Origin: Clostridia bacterium
Lineage (GTDB): Bacteria > Bacillota > Clostridia > Christensenellales > UBA1242
Assembly (NCBI GenBank): GCA_900767835.1
Contig: CAAGAO010000025.1
Location: 15,977-79,976, forward strand
DNA: 64,000 nucleotides
Reading direction: 5' to 3'
Shown: piece by piece, positions 42,669 to 53,137 of the stretch
Layout of the letters: each line of letters opens with the position of its first letter
Position numbering within the stretch: position 1 is the first letter of the stretch
Position numbers and translations under genes: made by a program
The notes under the pieces: generated by a model
Told to the model about the DNA's origin: nothing
What the model saw: only the letters and a program-made list of their open reading frames with translations
The model's database searches: none

Positions 42669-43221
42669 GTGTGATTTGATAAATGAAAATTGCTATGTAG
42701 TCTATGATAATGCTAGTTTAGATGCTATAATCATTGACCCAGGTTTAAACTATGACGACATAGTTGCGTTCGTTAAAAATAATAGTTTAAATGTAAAGGC
42801 AATACTTTTAACACATGGGCATTTCGATCACACTATGTCTTGTAATAAATTGCAAAAAAATGGTTATAAGGTCTATATATCAAAAGATGATGCATATATG
42901 TGTGATAGTGCTGAGTTTAATTTCGCAAAAGACAACAACATTGATTTTCCAAATTATACTCCAGACTATTTAATTAATGACGAAAACGAATTGAATTTAG
43001 GAACAATACATGTAAAAATACTTAAAACTCCGGGGCATTCAAAAGGTGGGTTATCTTATGTAATTGGCGATAATTTATTTACTGGAGATACTCTTTTCGA
43101 ACATGGGTATGGTCGAACAGATTTAAATGGTGGAAACTTTAGAGATATATTATCAAGCATTAAAAAACTGAGAACTCTTGTTAAGCAGGGATATAAATTA
43201 TATTGTGGACATGATTATTAA
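42646..43221 (+). CDS. MBL-fold metallo-hydrolase
   Basis: LTHGHFDH motif, TPGHS and GDTLF. Confidence 0.8.
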   Translation: MILVQKIKCDLINENCYVVYDNASLDAIIIDPGLNYDDIVAFVKNNSLNVKAILLTHGHFDHTMSCNKLQKNGYKVYISKDDAYMCDSAEFNFAKDNNIDFPNYTPDYLINDENELNLGTIHVKILKTPGHSKGGLSYVIGDNLFTGDTLFEHGYGRTDLNGGNFRDILSSIKKLRTLVKQGYKLYCGHDY

Positions 43222-43290
43222 AAAAGTAGTAGACAACTTTTGATTTGTGTGCTAAACTTATATAGTAATTTTAAATATTAGGAGAAAAAA

Positions 43291-43851
43291 ATGATAACAG
43301 CAGGCGATTTTAGAAAAGGCGTAACTTTTGAATATGAAGGCAATGTGTTTGTTGTAGTAGAATTTTTGCATGTTAAACCAGGTAAAGGTTCACCATTTGT
43401 TAGAACAACAATCAAAAACGTTGTTACTGGACAAGTTTTGGAAAGAACTTTCAACCCAACTGATAAGTTCCAATCAGCAGTAATTGAAAGAAAAGAAATG
43501 CAATATTTATACAATGAAGGCGATTTGTACTATTTTATGGATATGGAATCTTATGACCAAATTCCTCTTAACAAATCTCAAGTTGAAGGTGCAATGAACT
43601 TTATGAAAGAGAATATGAATGCAACTATTCAATTTTATAAAGGTAATGCTTTCAGTGTAGTTCCCCCAACTTTTGTTGAATTAGAAGTTACAGAAACAGA
43701 ACCTGGTATTCAAGGAGATACATCTAAAGCAGGTTATAAGCCAGCAAAACTTGAAACTGGTTACGAAATCAAAGTTCCTCTATTTGTTAACCAAGGCGAA
43801 ATTATTCGTGTTGATACTCGTGATGGTTCTTATATGGAAAGAGTTAAATAA
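43291..43851 (+). CDS. efp: elongation factor P
   Basis: FRKG...[14 protein letters not shown]; 186 aa. Confidence 0.95.
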   Translation: MITAGDFRKGVTFEYEGNVFVVVEFLHVKPGKGSPFVRTTIKNVVTGQVLERTFNPTDKFQSAVIERKEMQYLYNEGDLYYFMDMESYDQIPLNKSQVEGAMNFMKENMNATIQFYKGNAFSVVPPTFVELEVTETEPGIQGDTSKAGYKPAKLETGYEIKVPLFVNQGEIIRVDTRDGSYMERVK

Positions 43852-43866
43852 TTATCTCATAAAATT

Positions 43867-43902
43867 AAAACTATAAGCGGTTTTTGCTTATAGTTTTTTT
43901 TT
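43867..43902 (+). terminator. intrinsic terminator after efp
   Basis: AAAACTATAAGC-ggttttt-GCTTATAGTTTT followed by a T-run. Confidence 0.8.
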
Positions 43903-44074
43903 ATGAAAACAAGAATAATACGAAGGAAATGAGTACTTTCTTATGCTCTAAAAGTGGATGTGAATAAATAAAGGTGACTTCTTATATTAAAATTAGTGTA
44001 ACTAAATGACCTTTTTTGTCAAATATGAATTTACAAAATAATGCATTATATAAATATACAAAGAGAGGTGTGCA

Positions 44075-44989
44075 ATGCTAAAAGATATATTGCCAAACCA
44101 TATTTATAAAGCATTAATTTCTAAATGTAATGAACAAGAGGTAAATGAAATTAGGTTAAGACAAGATAAACCAATAACGGTTATATGTAATACTAAAAGC
44201 TATTTTTTAAGCGAAAATGGTTTTTGTAGTGGACCTAATCAAGCAATTGTGGCAAATAAAGAAATGATTAATGATATTGTTTTTAAAGCTTGTGATTATT
44301 CAATATATTCGGTTAATGAACAATTAAAACAAGGGTACTTGATGGTAGATGGTGGAATTAGACTGGGTGTTTGTGGTGAGGTTGTTCAAGACGGTGGAAT
44401 AAAGACTATTAAAAATTTTACATCTTTATGCATAAGAGTGCCACATCTTATAAAAAATGTTTCTTTGCCAATATTTCACCATATACTAAATAATGGAAAT
44501 TTGAACAATACCTTAATAATATCTCCTCCAGGAGCGGGTAAAACAACAATGCTAAGGGATATTGTATTCCAGTTTTCTTATCATAATTATCCATACAATA
44601 TATTCATAGCTGATGAAAGGGGGGAGGTGACTTGTGGAAATAAAAGCAACTATTTAAATAGTAATTTTTATGATGCATTATGTTTTTTGAGTAAAAAAGA
44701 AGCAATAATGATGGGTATTAGAAGTATGTCGCCTGATGTGGTTATTGTAGATGAATTAGGAACAAAAGATGATTTCCTCGCTTTAGAGTATGCTATGACT
44801 TGCGGTGTTAAAATTATTGCTACATTGCATGCAAGTTCCATAAATGATTTAAAAAATAAAGAGATATTTAGTAACATTGCAGACAAAAAGATGTTTCGGC
44901 GAGTTATTGTCTTATCTAAAGAAAATGGCGTAGGAACAATAGAAGGAGTATATAAAGAAGACCTAACAAAAATATATGGCGGTGTTTAA
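44075..44989 (+). CDS. spoIIIAA: stage III sporulation protein AA (AAA+ ATPase)
   Basis: Walker A ISPPGAGKTTMLRD, Walker B VVIVDELG. First gene of an 8-gene spoIIIA-type cluster. Confidence 0.9.
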   Translation: MLKDILPNHIYKALISKCNEQEVNEIRLRQDKPITVICNTKSYFLSENGFCSGPNQAIVANKEMINDIVFKACDYSIYSVNEQLKQGYLMVDGGIRLGVCGEVVQDGGIKTIKNFTSLCIRVPHLIKNVSLPIFHHILNNGNLNNTLIISPPGAGKTTMLRDIVFQFSYHNYPYNIFIADERGEVTCGNKSNYLNSNFYDALCFLSKKEAIMMGIRSMSPDVVIVDELGTKDDFLALEYAMTCGVKIIATLHASSINDLKNKEIFSNIADKKMFRRVIVLSKENGVGTIEGVYKEDLTKIYGGV

Positions 44990-45486
44990 TGAAAATTGTG
45001 TTAATACTAATATTGATTTTTATGTGTGGGGCTATTGGCTATGGTTTAAGTGGGGTGTATAAACAGAAGAAGAAATTTTACGATTCATATCTTATTTTTT
45101 TACAAGATTTACTTTCAGATATAGGTTTTTCTGCCAGCAAACTAACTTGTATTATTCAAGAAGAAAAAAACATCTTATCAAATAAAGATTTTAATACTCT
45201 TTTGGAAAATTATCAAAAAATTATAAAAGGTAACGATGAGTTAACAAAAGAAAATTTATTTAAAAATTTAAAACTACTAAATGAACAAGAACAAAATGAC
45301 ATATATTTATTCTTTAAAACACTCGGGAAAACAGATGTTTTTAATCAGGTCGAGTCAATAAAAAACAAGTGTGAGTCAACAAAAAAGTATTGTGAAAAAC
45401 TTACAAAAGAGTGTGAAAAATACTGTCCATTATATACTAAATTAAGCATTTTGATAGGTTTATTTTTGGCATTGATTATTATTTAA
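44989..45486 (+). CDS. spoIIIAB: stage III sporulation protein AB
   Basis: 165 aa with N- and C-terminal TM segments. Overlaps the spoIIIAA stop. Assigned by position. Confidence 0.75.
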   Translation: MKIVLILILIFMCGAIGYGLSGVYKQKKKFYDSYLIFLQDLLSDIGFSASKLTCIIQEEKNILSNKDFNTLLENYQKIIKGNDELTKENLFKNLKLLNEQEQNDIYLFFKTLGKTDVFNQVESIKNKCESTKKYCEKLTKECEKYCPLYTKLSILIGLFLALIII

Positions 45487-45649
45487 TAATAACATACTTG
45501 GTTTTATTAAGTATATTGTGTTGAGATAATAACGAGTAAATGCTGTAGATATACAATCTTAATGTCGGAATAAAAATTGCAATTTTATTTTGCTTTATAC
45601 ACTTATCAACAAAATGATTCGTAAAACAAATTAAAAGGTTTTGGTGCTT

Positions 45650-45844
45650 ATGGGGGTTGATTTAATTATTAAAATAGCAGGTATTGGTCTTTTAACCGCG
45701 GTTATATCTCAAGTATTAAAGCATTCTGGTAAAGATGATATGGCAACCTTTGCAACACTTGCTGGAGTGGTTGTTGTGTTAATGATGGTACTAGATATTG
45801 TATCTGAACTCTTTAACACTGTAAAAACAATGTTTGGGCTTTAA
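45650..45844 (+). CDS. spoIIIAC: stage III sporulation protein AC
   Basis: 64-aa two-TM protein. IIKIAGIGLLTAV...GKDD pattern. Confidence 0.85.
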   Translation: MGVDLIIKIAGIGLLTAVISQVLKHSGKDDMATFATLAGVVVVLMMVLDIVSELFNTVKTMFGL

Positions 45845-45856
45845 GGAGAAATTGAT

Positions 45857-46246
45857 GTGGTTGAACTATTTAAAGTTATAGGTATAGGACTATTAACCTT
45901 AATTGCATATTTGATTATAAAACCATTAAAGCCAGAACTTGCGATTTTTGTTAGTATGGTTGGAGCAGTTGTAATTATTCTATCTTGTATAGATGGTCTT
46001 ATGCAAATTGTTGAAACTATGACAAGTTTTGTAGAAAAGACGGGTATAAATACTGGACTATTTGGTTGTATTTTAAAAATTATAGGTGTTGGTTATGTTG
46101 TCGAATTTGCTTCATCTATTTGCAATGGTGCTGGCAATTCAAACATTGCTGATGTTATAACACTTGCTGGGAAGATTACTATTTTAGTTATTAGTTTGCC
46201 AATATTGAATAGTTTAATAAGTTTAATTATTGAAATATTGCCTTAA
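45857..46246 (+). CDS. spoIIIAD: stage III sporulation protein AD
   Basis: GTG start after AAGGAG. 129 aa, 4 TM segments. FKVIGIGLLT pattern. Confidence 0.85.
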   Translation: MVELFKVIGIGLLTLIAYLIIKPLKPELAIFVSMVGAVVIILSCIDGLMQIVETMTSFVEKTGINTGLFGCILKIIGVGYVVEFASSICNGAGNSNIADVITLAGKITILVISLPILNSLISLIIEILP

Positions 46247-46260
46247 AGGAAAAACAAGTT

Positions 46261-47448
46261 TTGAAAAAATATCTTTGTTTTATTATTATTTTTTTTATTA
46301 TTGTTTTCAGTCCCATTATATCTAATAGGACATATGTTTTTGCTGATTCAATATCTAGCGAGATTAATCAAGAGTTGGAAGAAAATATAAACAATCAAAT
46401 TAACAGTTTAGATATGGGGGAGCTAAACGATATATTAAAACAAATCACAAACAGTCCTGAAATTTTTGGTGGTAATTCTTTTTCTCAAAAAGTTAAAGAT
46501 ATAATTAGTGGTAAATTATCAATCGATGCATCTACATTTATTGAATATCTTGTTGGTTTATTCTTAGATGATGTTGTGCTGTTTTTGCCGTACATATGTA
46601 TGATAATATCTATAGCTATTATATATAGTATGGTTAGTGTATCGCATAGTGGCAAAAATAAAACTTTAAATGATGTAATTCATTTTGTATGTTTTAGTGC
46701 GGTTGTGGTTATGGTTATTGTTTGGGTGTCAAAACTACTTTTATTGACAACAAATACTTTATCTGGAGTTAAAAGGCAAATGGATATTATTTTCCCTTTG
46801 CTATTAACTGTAATGACAGCATTAGGGGGAAGTGTTTCAGTTGGTGTGTATCAACCGGCTATGGCGATACTGTCTGGAACTGTTATATCTTTTTTTATTA
46901 GTATTCTAATGCCTATTTTTACATTTGGAATAATTTTCACAATAGTATCAAATTTGGCAAGGAATGTGAAATTTAATAAGTTTGCAGACTTTTTTAATTC
47001 GTCTTTTAAATGGTTAATGGGAATAGTTTTAATGCTTTTTTCTTCCTTTATTTCAATACAGGGGTTGATGGCAGGAAGTGTAGATTCAATATCCTTAAAA
47101 ACAGCAAAATACACAATAAAAAGTGCAGTGCCTATAATAGGCGGGTTTTTGTCTGATGGTATTAGTTTAATAATGGTGTCTGGTGTTCTTATTAAAAATG
47201 CTGTAGGTGTTGGTGGGCTTTTATTATTGTTTTGTACTATGTTGTTGCCTATAATAAAAATTATTGTATTTTCTTTTTTGATGAAATTGGCTAGTGCTAT
47301 ATTAGAACCTATTGCGGATAATAGAATTACAAGTTTTGTTTCAAGTGTGGCAAAATCTCTGCAATTACTTATAGCGTTATTAATTGGTGTTGGCTTTATG
47401 TATTTTTTAATTATTAGTTTAGTGATGTGTAGTACAAACATATTTTAG
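46261..47448 (+). CDS. spoIIIAE: stage III sporulation protein AE
   Basis: TTG start. Signal peptide plus a polytopic protein of about 395 aa. Assigned by position. Confidence 0.85.
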   Translation: MKKYLCFIIIFFIIVFSPIISNRTYVFADSISSEINQELEENINNQINSLDMGELNDILKQITNSPEIFGGNSFSQKVKDIISGKLSIDASTFIEYLVGLFLDDVVLFLPYICMIISIAIIYSMVSVSHSGKNKTLNDVIHFVCFSAVVVMVIVWVSKLLLLTTNTLSGVKRQMDIIFPLLLTVMTALGGSVSVGVYQPAMAILSGTVISFFISILMPIFTFGIIFTIVSNLARNVKFNKFADFFNSSFKWLMGIVLMLFSSFISIQGLMAGSVDSISLKTAKYTIKSAVPIIGGFLSDGISLIMVSGVLIKNAVGVGGLLLLFCTMLLPIIKIIVFSFLMKLASAILEPIADNRITSFVSSVAKSLQLLIALLIGVGFMYFLIISLVMCSTNIF

Positions 47449-47571
47449 ATATAAGATTAGATATTTCTTATTTTGAATACGAAACTGCGACATTGAAAAA
47501 TAAAGATATTATTTGTATTTATCTATATTTAAGGTGATTAAATAATAAAGTAAATTTAAAGGAGAGAAAAG

Positions 47572-48060
47572 GTGGAAAGTATATCTTCATGGGTGTTATC
47601 TATCGCTGGAGTGTGTATTTTGTCTGTAGTGATTGATTTAGTTGTTCCAGACGGTAAAACAAATGGTGTTATTAAAAATGTATTTTCTTATGCTATTGTT
47701 TTAGTGGTGGTTATGCCTTTACCTAAACTATTGAAAGTCGATAATGATTTTGAAAAACTTTTTTCTCAAGTTGATTTTACTATTCAAGATGATTACATTT
47801 ATAACATTAATCAGTCAAAACTAGATAAATGGACAGAGTGTATTACTTCAGATTTAGAGTCTGACGGAATAAATGGTGTTGTAGTATCTATTTCGGCTAA
47901 CATTTTTGAAAGGAATATGCAAATTAATGCGGTTTATGTAGATTTATACAATGTGGTTATATCTGATAAAAACAAGAATATTAATATAAAAACGGAGGTG
48001 GTTTGTGTAGTGTTAAATTATTTAGATATCGATAGAGATAAGGTGGTATTTTATGAGTGA
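47572..48060 (+). CDS. spoIIIAF: stage III sporulation protein AF
   Basis: GTG start after AAGGAGAG. Two N-terminal TM segments. Assigned by position. Confidence 0.7.
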   Translation: MESISSWVLSIAGVCILSVVIDLVVPDGKTNGVIKNVFSYAIVLVVVMPLPKLLKVDNDFEKLFSQVDFTIQDDYIYNINQSKLDKWTECITSDLESDGINGVVVSISANIFERNMQINAVYVDLYNVVISDKNKNINIKTEVVCVVLNYLDIDRDKVVFYE

Positions 48061-48619
48061 CAAAAAGGAAAAACAATCTGTTTGGGAAAGAATTCCATTT
48101 TTGCAAAAACTTAAAAATATAAAACATATAGAAATATATTTACTTTGTATTTTTGCGATTGTTTTGGTTATCATTTACTCTACTTCAATCAAGAGTAAAA
48201 ATGTGAATAAAGAAACACAAGATAGTTTTACCGCTCAAGAATATTCTGAATACTTAGAAAGAAAACTATCTAATATTTTATCCAATATTTCTGGCGCTGG
48301 GGCAGTTAAAGTTATGATAACTCTAGATGGCGGAATGAAATATGAGTATGAAAAACAAAGTGAAGAAATCACAACATCAAATGAAATAGGTGGCAATACT
48401 AATAAAAAAACAACAAAAAATGAGGAAGTTGTTATTGTGACTATAAACGGAAAGTCAACACCACTTATAATCAAAGAAAGTTATCCAGATGTGTGTGGTG
48501 TTGTAGTTGTTGCATCAGGTGCAACCAATGTTCAAGTTAAGTTAAATATAATGAAAGCAATTAAAACATTGTTAGGAATTGAAGAGGATAACGTGCAAAT
48601 TTTAGTGGGAAATGATTAG
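48053..48619 (+). CDS. spoIIIAG: stage III sporulation protein AG
   Basis: Single TM segment plus a ring-building-type C-terminal domain (GAGAVKVMITL...VCGVVVVASGA). Confidence 0.8.
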   Translation: MSDKKEKQSVWERIPFLQKLKNIKHIEIYLLCIFAIVLVIIYSTSIKSKNVNKETQDSFTAQEYSEYLERKLSNILSNISGAGAVKVMITLDGGMKYEYEKQSEEITTSNEIGGNTNKKTTKNEEVVIVTINGKSTPLIIKESYPDVCGVVVVASGATNVQVKLNIMKAIKTLLGIEEDNVQILVGND

Positions 48620-48756
48620 GTCTATAAATTACTATTAATTGATAGTTGTTTGGTAATTTTTTAACTAATATTTATTGTTAAAAATATTATATGATATTAG
48701 TCATAATTTCGATACAAAGTTAATATATTATGTTAATAATTAAAAAGGAGTGATTT

Positions 48757-49233
48757 ATGAAAAAGAAGACAAAAGTATTTATTTTGGTAGGTATGGTTTT
48801 GTTGTTGGGAGTAACTGGTTATTTGAATCTTGCTTTAAACAATAAAGTTAAACAAACATCAACGACAACTGTTACAACTGCAAACTATTTTGTAACTTAT
48901 AGGGAAGATAGGCAATCTACAAGAGATCAAGAACTATTATATTATGATGCTATTATTACTAGTGAATCTTCTACGGCGGAAGCGATAAAAAATGCGGAAA
49001 CAAAAAAACTGTCACTTGTGGCACAAATGGAAAGTGAACTCGTAATTGAAGGTTTGATAAAAGCAAAGGGGTTTTCTGATTGTATAGTTACTAATATTGA
49101 TCCAAATGTTAAAATTGTAGTCAAATGCAATCAAGCGACATTAACAGCAAATGAAGTTGCACAAATAGTCTCAATAGTAAAAGAACAAACAAAAGCCGAT
49201 ATAGACAATATACAAATAACACCAGTTGAGTAA
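48757..49233 (+). CDS. spoIIIAH: stage III sporulation protein AH
   Basis: Single N-terminal TM segment. 158 aa. Last gene of the cluster. Assigned by position. Confidence 0.7.
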   Translation: MKKKTKVFILVGMVLLLGVTGYLNLALNNKVKQTSTTTVTTANYFVTYREDRQSTRDQELLYYDAIITSESSTAEAIKNAETKKLSLVAQMESELVIEGLIKAKGFSDCIVTNIDPNVKIVVKCNQATLTANEVAQIVSIVKEQTKADIDNIQITPVE

Positions 49234-49350
49234 ACCTGTTGAGTTATAAGTATAATTTTAAATTGTAAAAATTTTAAAATATATAAATAGGTATCTATAA
49301 TATAAGTGAGTGTGGTATTTAAATATCTTTGTTTATATATAAAAAAATAA

Positions 49351-49379
49351 TTGCAAATAACCTTGCTATATGATATAAT
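49351..49379 (+). promoter_or_regulatory. candidate sigmaA promoter (asp23-nusB-xseAB-proS unit)
   Basis: TTGCAA (49351-49356), 17-nt spacer, TGaTATAAT (49371-49379). Confidence 0.6.
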
Positions 49380-49405
49380 AGTTGTCATATAAGTGAGGTT
49401 TTTTT

Positions 49406-49789
49406 ATGGTTGAATACGATGAAAATAATATTTCTAACAAAGGTAAAACAACATGTAATAGAAGCATTCTTCTTTCTATTATTAGTTTAGCAACCAAAGA
49501 AATTAGCGGTGTGAGTGAGCTTGTGGATACCCCATCTATTGTATTAAAAAGAATGTTTAAAAATAGAGATAGCAAAGGTGTAAAGGTTAGTATATCTCCA
49601 AATGGAAAAATTACAGTAGATGTTTACATTAAAGTATATTTAGGCGTTAATGTTCCAGATATTAGTTTTAGAGTACAAGAAAATATTAAAAACAATATTG
49701 CGTCTATGGTTGATTTAAAAACTGGGAAAATCAATGTCCATGTTGTTGGCGTAAGTTTTGTTAAAGAACAAGAAGAAGGAGCAATATAA
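49406..49789 (+). CDS. Asp23/Gls24 family envelope stress protein (YqhY-like)
   Basis: LSIISLATKEISGV..L, KGVKV and VDVYI patterns. Same position before nusB as B. subtilis yqhY. Confidence 0.85.
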   Translation: MVEYDENNISNKGKTTCNRSILLSIISLATKEISGVSELVDTPSIVLKRMFKNRDSKGVKVSISPNGKITVDVYIKVYLGVNVPDISFRVQENIKNNIASMVDLKTGKINVHVVGVSFVKEQEEGAI

Positions 49790-50208
49790 TGCGTAGTTTA
49801 GCAAGAGAAACGGCATTTAAAATTATATATAAAAGTCTTTTTTTAGATGGCGACTTATCGTGTGATGAGATATTGGAAGAGGATAAAATTACTGAAGAGT
49901 TAGATAAAGACTTTTTAGAAGACAATAAATTTATAAGGGATATAGTTTCTTTATATGGCGAGAATAAAGATATTGTGAATAACTTAATTGACTCGCATTT
50001 GAAAGGTTATACTCCTGAACGAGTGTACAAGATTGATAGAGCAATCTTGGCAACTGCAATTACTGAATTAAACTTTTTCAAATTAACACCTTATAAAGTT
50101 GTTGTAAATGAAGCGGTTGAAATGGCTAAAAAGTACTCTACTGAAAAAAGTTATTCTTTTGTTAATGGCGTTTTAAAAACTATAATAGGAGAACAAAATG
50201 CCAAGTAA
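49789..50208 (+). CDS. nusB: transcription antitermination factor NusB
   Basis: RSLARETAFKIIY N-terminus. 139 aa. Confidence 0.9.
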   Translation: MRSLARETAFKIIYKSLFLDGDLSCDEILEEDKITEELDKDFLEDNKFIRDIVSLYGENKDIVNNLIDSHLKGYTPERVYKIDRAILATAITELNFFKLTPYKVVVNEAVEMAKKYSTEKSYSFVNGVLKTIIGEQNAK

Positions 50209-51376
50209 ACCAGTAACAGTTACTCAACTTAGCACATATTTAAAACAGATTTTTGATGCTGAAGAATTATTACATAATATTAGTGTTGTTGGCGAAATCT
50301 CAGGTTTATCAAATGTTAGGGGTACTGCGTATTTTACATTAAAAGATGAAAGCAGTGCCCTTTCTTGTGTCTGCTTTTTGGCTAATGACTTTCAAGATTT
50401 TAAAAATGGTGACAGTGTTGTTGTTATAGGTTCTCCAAAATATTACATAAAAGGTGGAAAACTTAATTTTAATGTTGCAAAAATTGAACATTATGGTGAA
50501 AATGTTTTGTATCAAAAGTTTTTAGAATTGAAAGCAAAATTAGAATTAAAAGGTTATTTTGATGAATCGCATAAGATAGCAATACCCAACAATATAAAAA
50601 GGATAGGTGTCGTTTCAAGTGAGGGTGGTGCTGTTATACAAGATATTATCAATGTTAGGACGAGGAGAAACCCTAACATTGATATAGTTCTGTATCCCGT
50701 TAAAGTCCAAGGAGAAAATGCTGAAAACGAAATTGCTAGGGGAATTAAAATCTTAGATAATTATAATGTTGATGTGATAGTTGTTGCGCGTGGTGGTGGA
50801 AGTATGGAAGATTTACAGCCATTCAATACTGAAATTGTCGCACAAGCGACATATGATTGTAAGAAATTTATTATGTCCGCAGTTGGGCATGAAACCGACT
50901 ATACTATAATAGATTTTTGTAGTGATATGAGAGCACCAACTCCGAGTGCTGCCGCAGAATTGCTTTGTGAAAATTTACAAGATAAAAAGTATAAAGTTTA
51001 TAATTTAATTGAAGATTTGTTAGTGACATATTCTAGATATGAAGTTGGTCAAAAACAATTAATAATGAATAATATTAAGTCGTTACAAAAAGAATACAAC
51101 TATGTTGAACAAGATTCAAAGAATCAATTTAACAACAATTTGGTTATATTTAAAAAATTATTAAATGAGTACTATGAGAAAAAAGAGATTGAGTTGAACC
51201 ATAATCAAAAACTATTGTATAAACTTAATCCTAAAGAAATTTTAAAATTAGGTTATGCTAGTTTAAAATTAGAGAATGAATATATTATATCTAAAAAACA
51301 AGTAAAAAAAGACGACAAGGTTATTATTGGTTTAAAAGATGGAAATATTTACGCAAAAGTATTGGAGGTTGAATAA
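50198..51376 (+). CDS. xseA: exodeoxyribonuclease VII large subunit
   Basis: N-terminal OB-fold (TVTQLSTYLK...GEISG), RIGVVSS..GA.IQD, ARGGGS.EDL. Confidence 0.9.
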   Translation: MPSKPVTVTQLSTYLKQIFDAEELLHNISVVGEISGLSNVRGTAYFTLKDESSALSCVCFLANDFQDFKNGDSVVVIGSPKYYIKGGKLNFNVAKIEHYGENVLYQKFLELKAKLELKGYFDESHKIAIPNNIKRIGVVSSEGGAVIQDIINVRTRRNPNIDIVLYPVKVQGENAENEIARGIKILDNYNVDVIVVARGGGSMEDLQPFNTEIVAQATYDCKKFIMSAVGHETDYTIIDFCSDMRAPTPSAAAELLCENLQDKKYKVYNLIEDLLVTYSRYEVGQKQLIMNNIKSLQKEYNYVEQDSKNQFNNNLVIFKKLLNEYYEKKEIELNHNQKLLYKLNPKEILKLGYASLKLENEYIISKKQVKKDDKVIIGLKDGNIYAKVLEVE

Positions 51377-51378
51377 AA

Positions 51379-51588
51379 ATGGATTACGAACAGAAAATGA
51401 AAGAATTGGAAAGTATTATACAAAAACTTGAAAGTGGAGATGTTAAGTTTGACGAGGCTACAAAGTTGTTTGAGACTGGTGCTAATATTTGTAAAGAGTT
51501 ATCCAAAACATTTGATGATGCAAAAGGGAAAGTTACAGTCTTGCGTGAAGAGTTGATGGGAATTTTAAAAGAGGAAGAGTTAAATTAA
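51379..51588 (+). CDS. xseB: exodeoxyribonuclease VII small subunit
   Basis: 69 aa. LE.I...LE.G...LDE....FE.G pattern. Confidence 0.9.
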   Translation: MDYEQKMKELESIIQKLESGDVKFDEATKLFETGANICKELSKTFDDAKGKVTVLREELMGILKEEELN

Positions 51589-51600
51589 GAGGATATAAGT

Positions 51601-53022
51601 ATGAAAAATAAAAGTATAACAAGTAGAGATGAAGATTTTGCACAATGGTATACTGACGTTGTTAAGTCAGCAAAATTAGCCGATTACAGTAGTGTAAAAG
51701 GTTGTGTTGTATTTGAGCCAAATGGTTATTCACTTTGGGAAAAAATGAAAGAAGTGCTTGATAAAAAATTTAAAGAAACTGGGCACGAAAATGTGTATAT
51801 GCCTGTATTAATTCCAGAATCACTATTAAAGAAAGAAGGTGAACTTATTGAAGGTTTTGCCCCTGAGTGTGCTTGGGTAACAAAAGGTGGTAGCGGAGAC
51901 TTAGAAGAAAATTTGGCGTTTAGACCAACGTCAGAGACTTTGTTTTCAGATTACTATTCAAAAAAAGTTAAATCTTATAGAGATTTGCCAAAATTATATA
52001 ATCAATGGGCAAATGTTATAAGGTGGGAAAAAGAAACTAGACCATTTTTAAGAACTAGGGAATTTTTATGGCAAGAAGGTCATACTATACATGAGACCGA
52101 AAAAGAAGCTATTGAAGAAACATTGAGAATGTTAAATGTGTATAAAGATTTCTTTGTAAATTATTTAGCAATACCTGTAATATGTGGTAAAAAGACTGAA
52201 AAAGAAAAATTTGCTGGGGCTGAAAGCACATACACCATTGAGGCATTAATGTATAATGGTGTCGCTCTGCAAAGTGCTACAAGTCATTATTTCGGGCAAA
52301 AGTTTGCAAAAGCTTATGATATTAAATTTTTAAGCAGAGAAGAAAAGTGGGAGTATGTTTACCAAACATCATGGGGTGCAACAACTAGAATGATAGGTGC
52401 ATTAATTATGGTTCATAGTGATGATAAAGGTTTGGTTTTACCACCAAAAATTGCTCCAAAACAAGTTGCAATAATTCCTATAGGTAAAGATGATTGTGTA
52501 AATACTATTGCTGAAAATTATAAAGAGATATTAAATAAATCTGGAATAACTGCATATGTTGATAAAACAGAAAAATCACCTGGCTTTAAATTTGCCGAAG
52601 CAGAGGTTAATGGTGTGCCAGTGAGATTAGAGGTTGGTGTGCGCGATTTAGATGCTGGAATGATAACGCTTGTGCGTCGTGATACTGGCGATAAAATTCA
52701 AGTATCAAAAGATTGTGATTTGGTTGATGTTGTTAATGTTTTGATGGATAAAATTCAAAATAACCTATTAGAAAAAGCGACCAAAAGGAGAGATGAGTTA
52801 ACATTTGAATGTAAAAACTTAGATGAAGTAATTGAACAAATCAATAAACAACCAGGTTTTATTAAGGCTGAGTGGTGTGGCTGTCAAGAATGTGAGTTAA
52901 AAATGAAAGAATATCGAGGAATAAAATCTAGATGCATTATTGATGATAATGTACAAAATGGTAAATGTGTTGTTTGTGGCAAACCTTCGAAATTTAATGT
53001 TATGTGGGGTATCCAATATTAA
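51601..53022 (+). CDS. proS: proline--tRNA ligase, archaeal/eukaryote-like type (no INS editing domain)
   Basis: 473 aa. Class II motifs (FRPTSE, TREFLWQEGHT), C-terminal Cys cluster and terminal Tyr (..MWGIQY). Confidence 0.95.
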   Translation: MKNKSITSRDEDFAQWYTDVVKSAKLADYSSVKGCVVFEPNGYSLWEKMKEVLDKKFKETGHENVYMPVLIPESLLKKEGELIEGFAPECAWVTKGGSGDLEENLAFRPTSETLFSDYYSKKVKSYRDLPKLYNQWANVIRWEKETRPFLRTREFLWQEGHTIHETEKEAIEETLRMLNVYKDFFVNYLAIPVICGKKTEKEKFAGAESTYTIEALMYNGVALQSATSHYFGQKFAKAYDIKFLSREEKWEYVYQTSWGATTRMIGALIMVHSDDKGLVLPPKIAPKQVAIIPIGKDDCVNTIAENYKEILNKSGITAYVDKTEKSPGFKFAEAEVNGVPVRLEVGVRDLDAGMITLVRRDTGDKIQVSKDCDLVDVVNVLMDKIQNNLLEKATKRRDELTFECKNLDEVIEQINKQPGFIKAEWCGCQECELKMKEYRGIKSRCIIDDNVQNGKCVVCGKPSKFNVMWGIQY

Positions 53023-53104
53023 TAGCACATATTGTATATACAATTACACTATATGTGCTAAATATTGTGGTGTTATGTGTTTTATTTTTCAATGTTTAAA
53101 CTAC

Positions 53105-53133
53105 TTGATTTAATTTATATTTTATGATATAAT
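53105..53133 (+). promoter_or_regulatory. near-consensus sigmaA promoter driving the large ncRNA
   Basis: TTGATT (53105-53110), 17-nt spacer, TGaTATAAT (53125-53133). The predicted start lies near 53139-53141. Confidence 0.65.
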
Positions 53134-53137
53134 AAAA

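Noticed and set aside
46851-47441. 196-aa minus-strand ORF
   Set aside because: It is antisense to spoIIIAE inside a conserved 8-gene operon, with no start context. It is a shadow ORF.
51589-51600. Looked for a T-box leader in front of proS
   Set aside because: Only 12 nt separate xseB and proS, so there is no room for a T-box. proS appears to be co-transcribed with xseAB.
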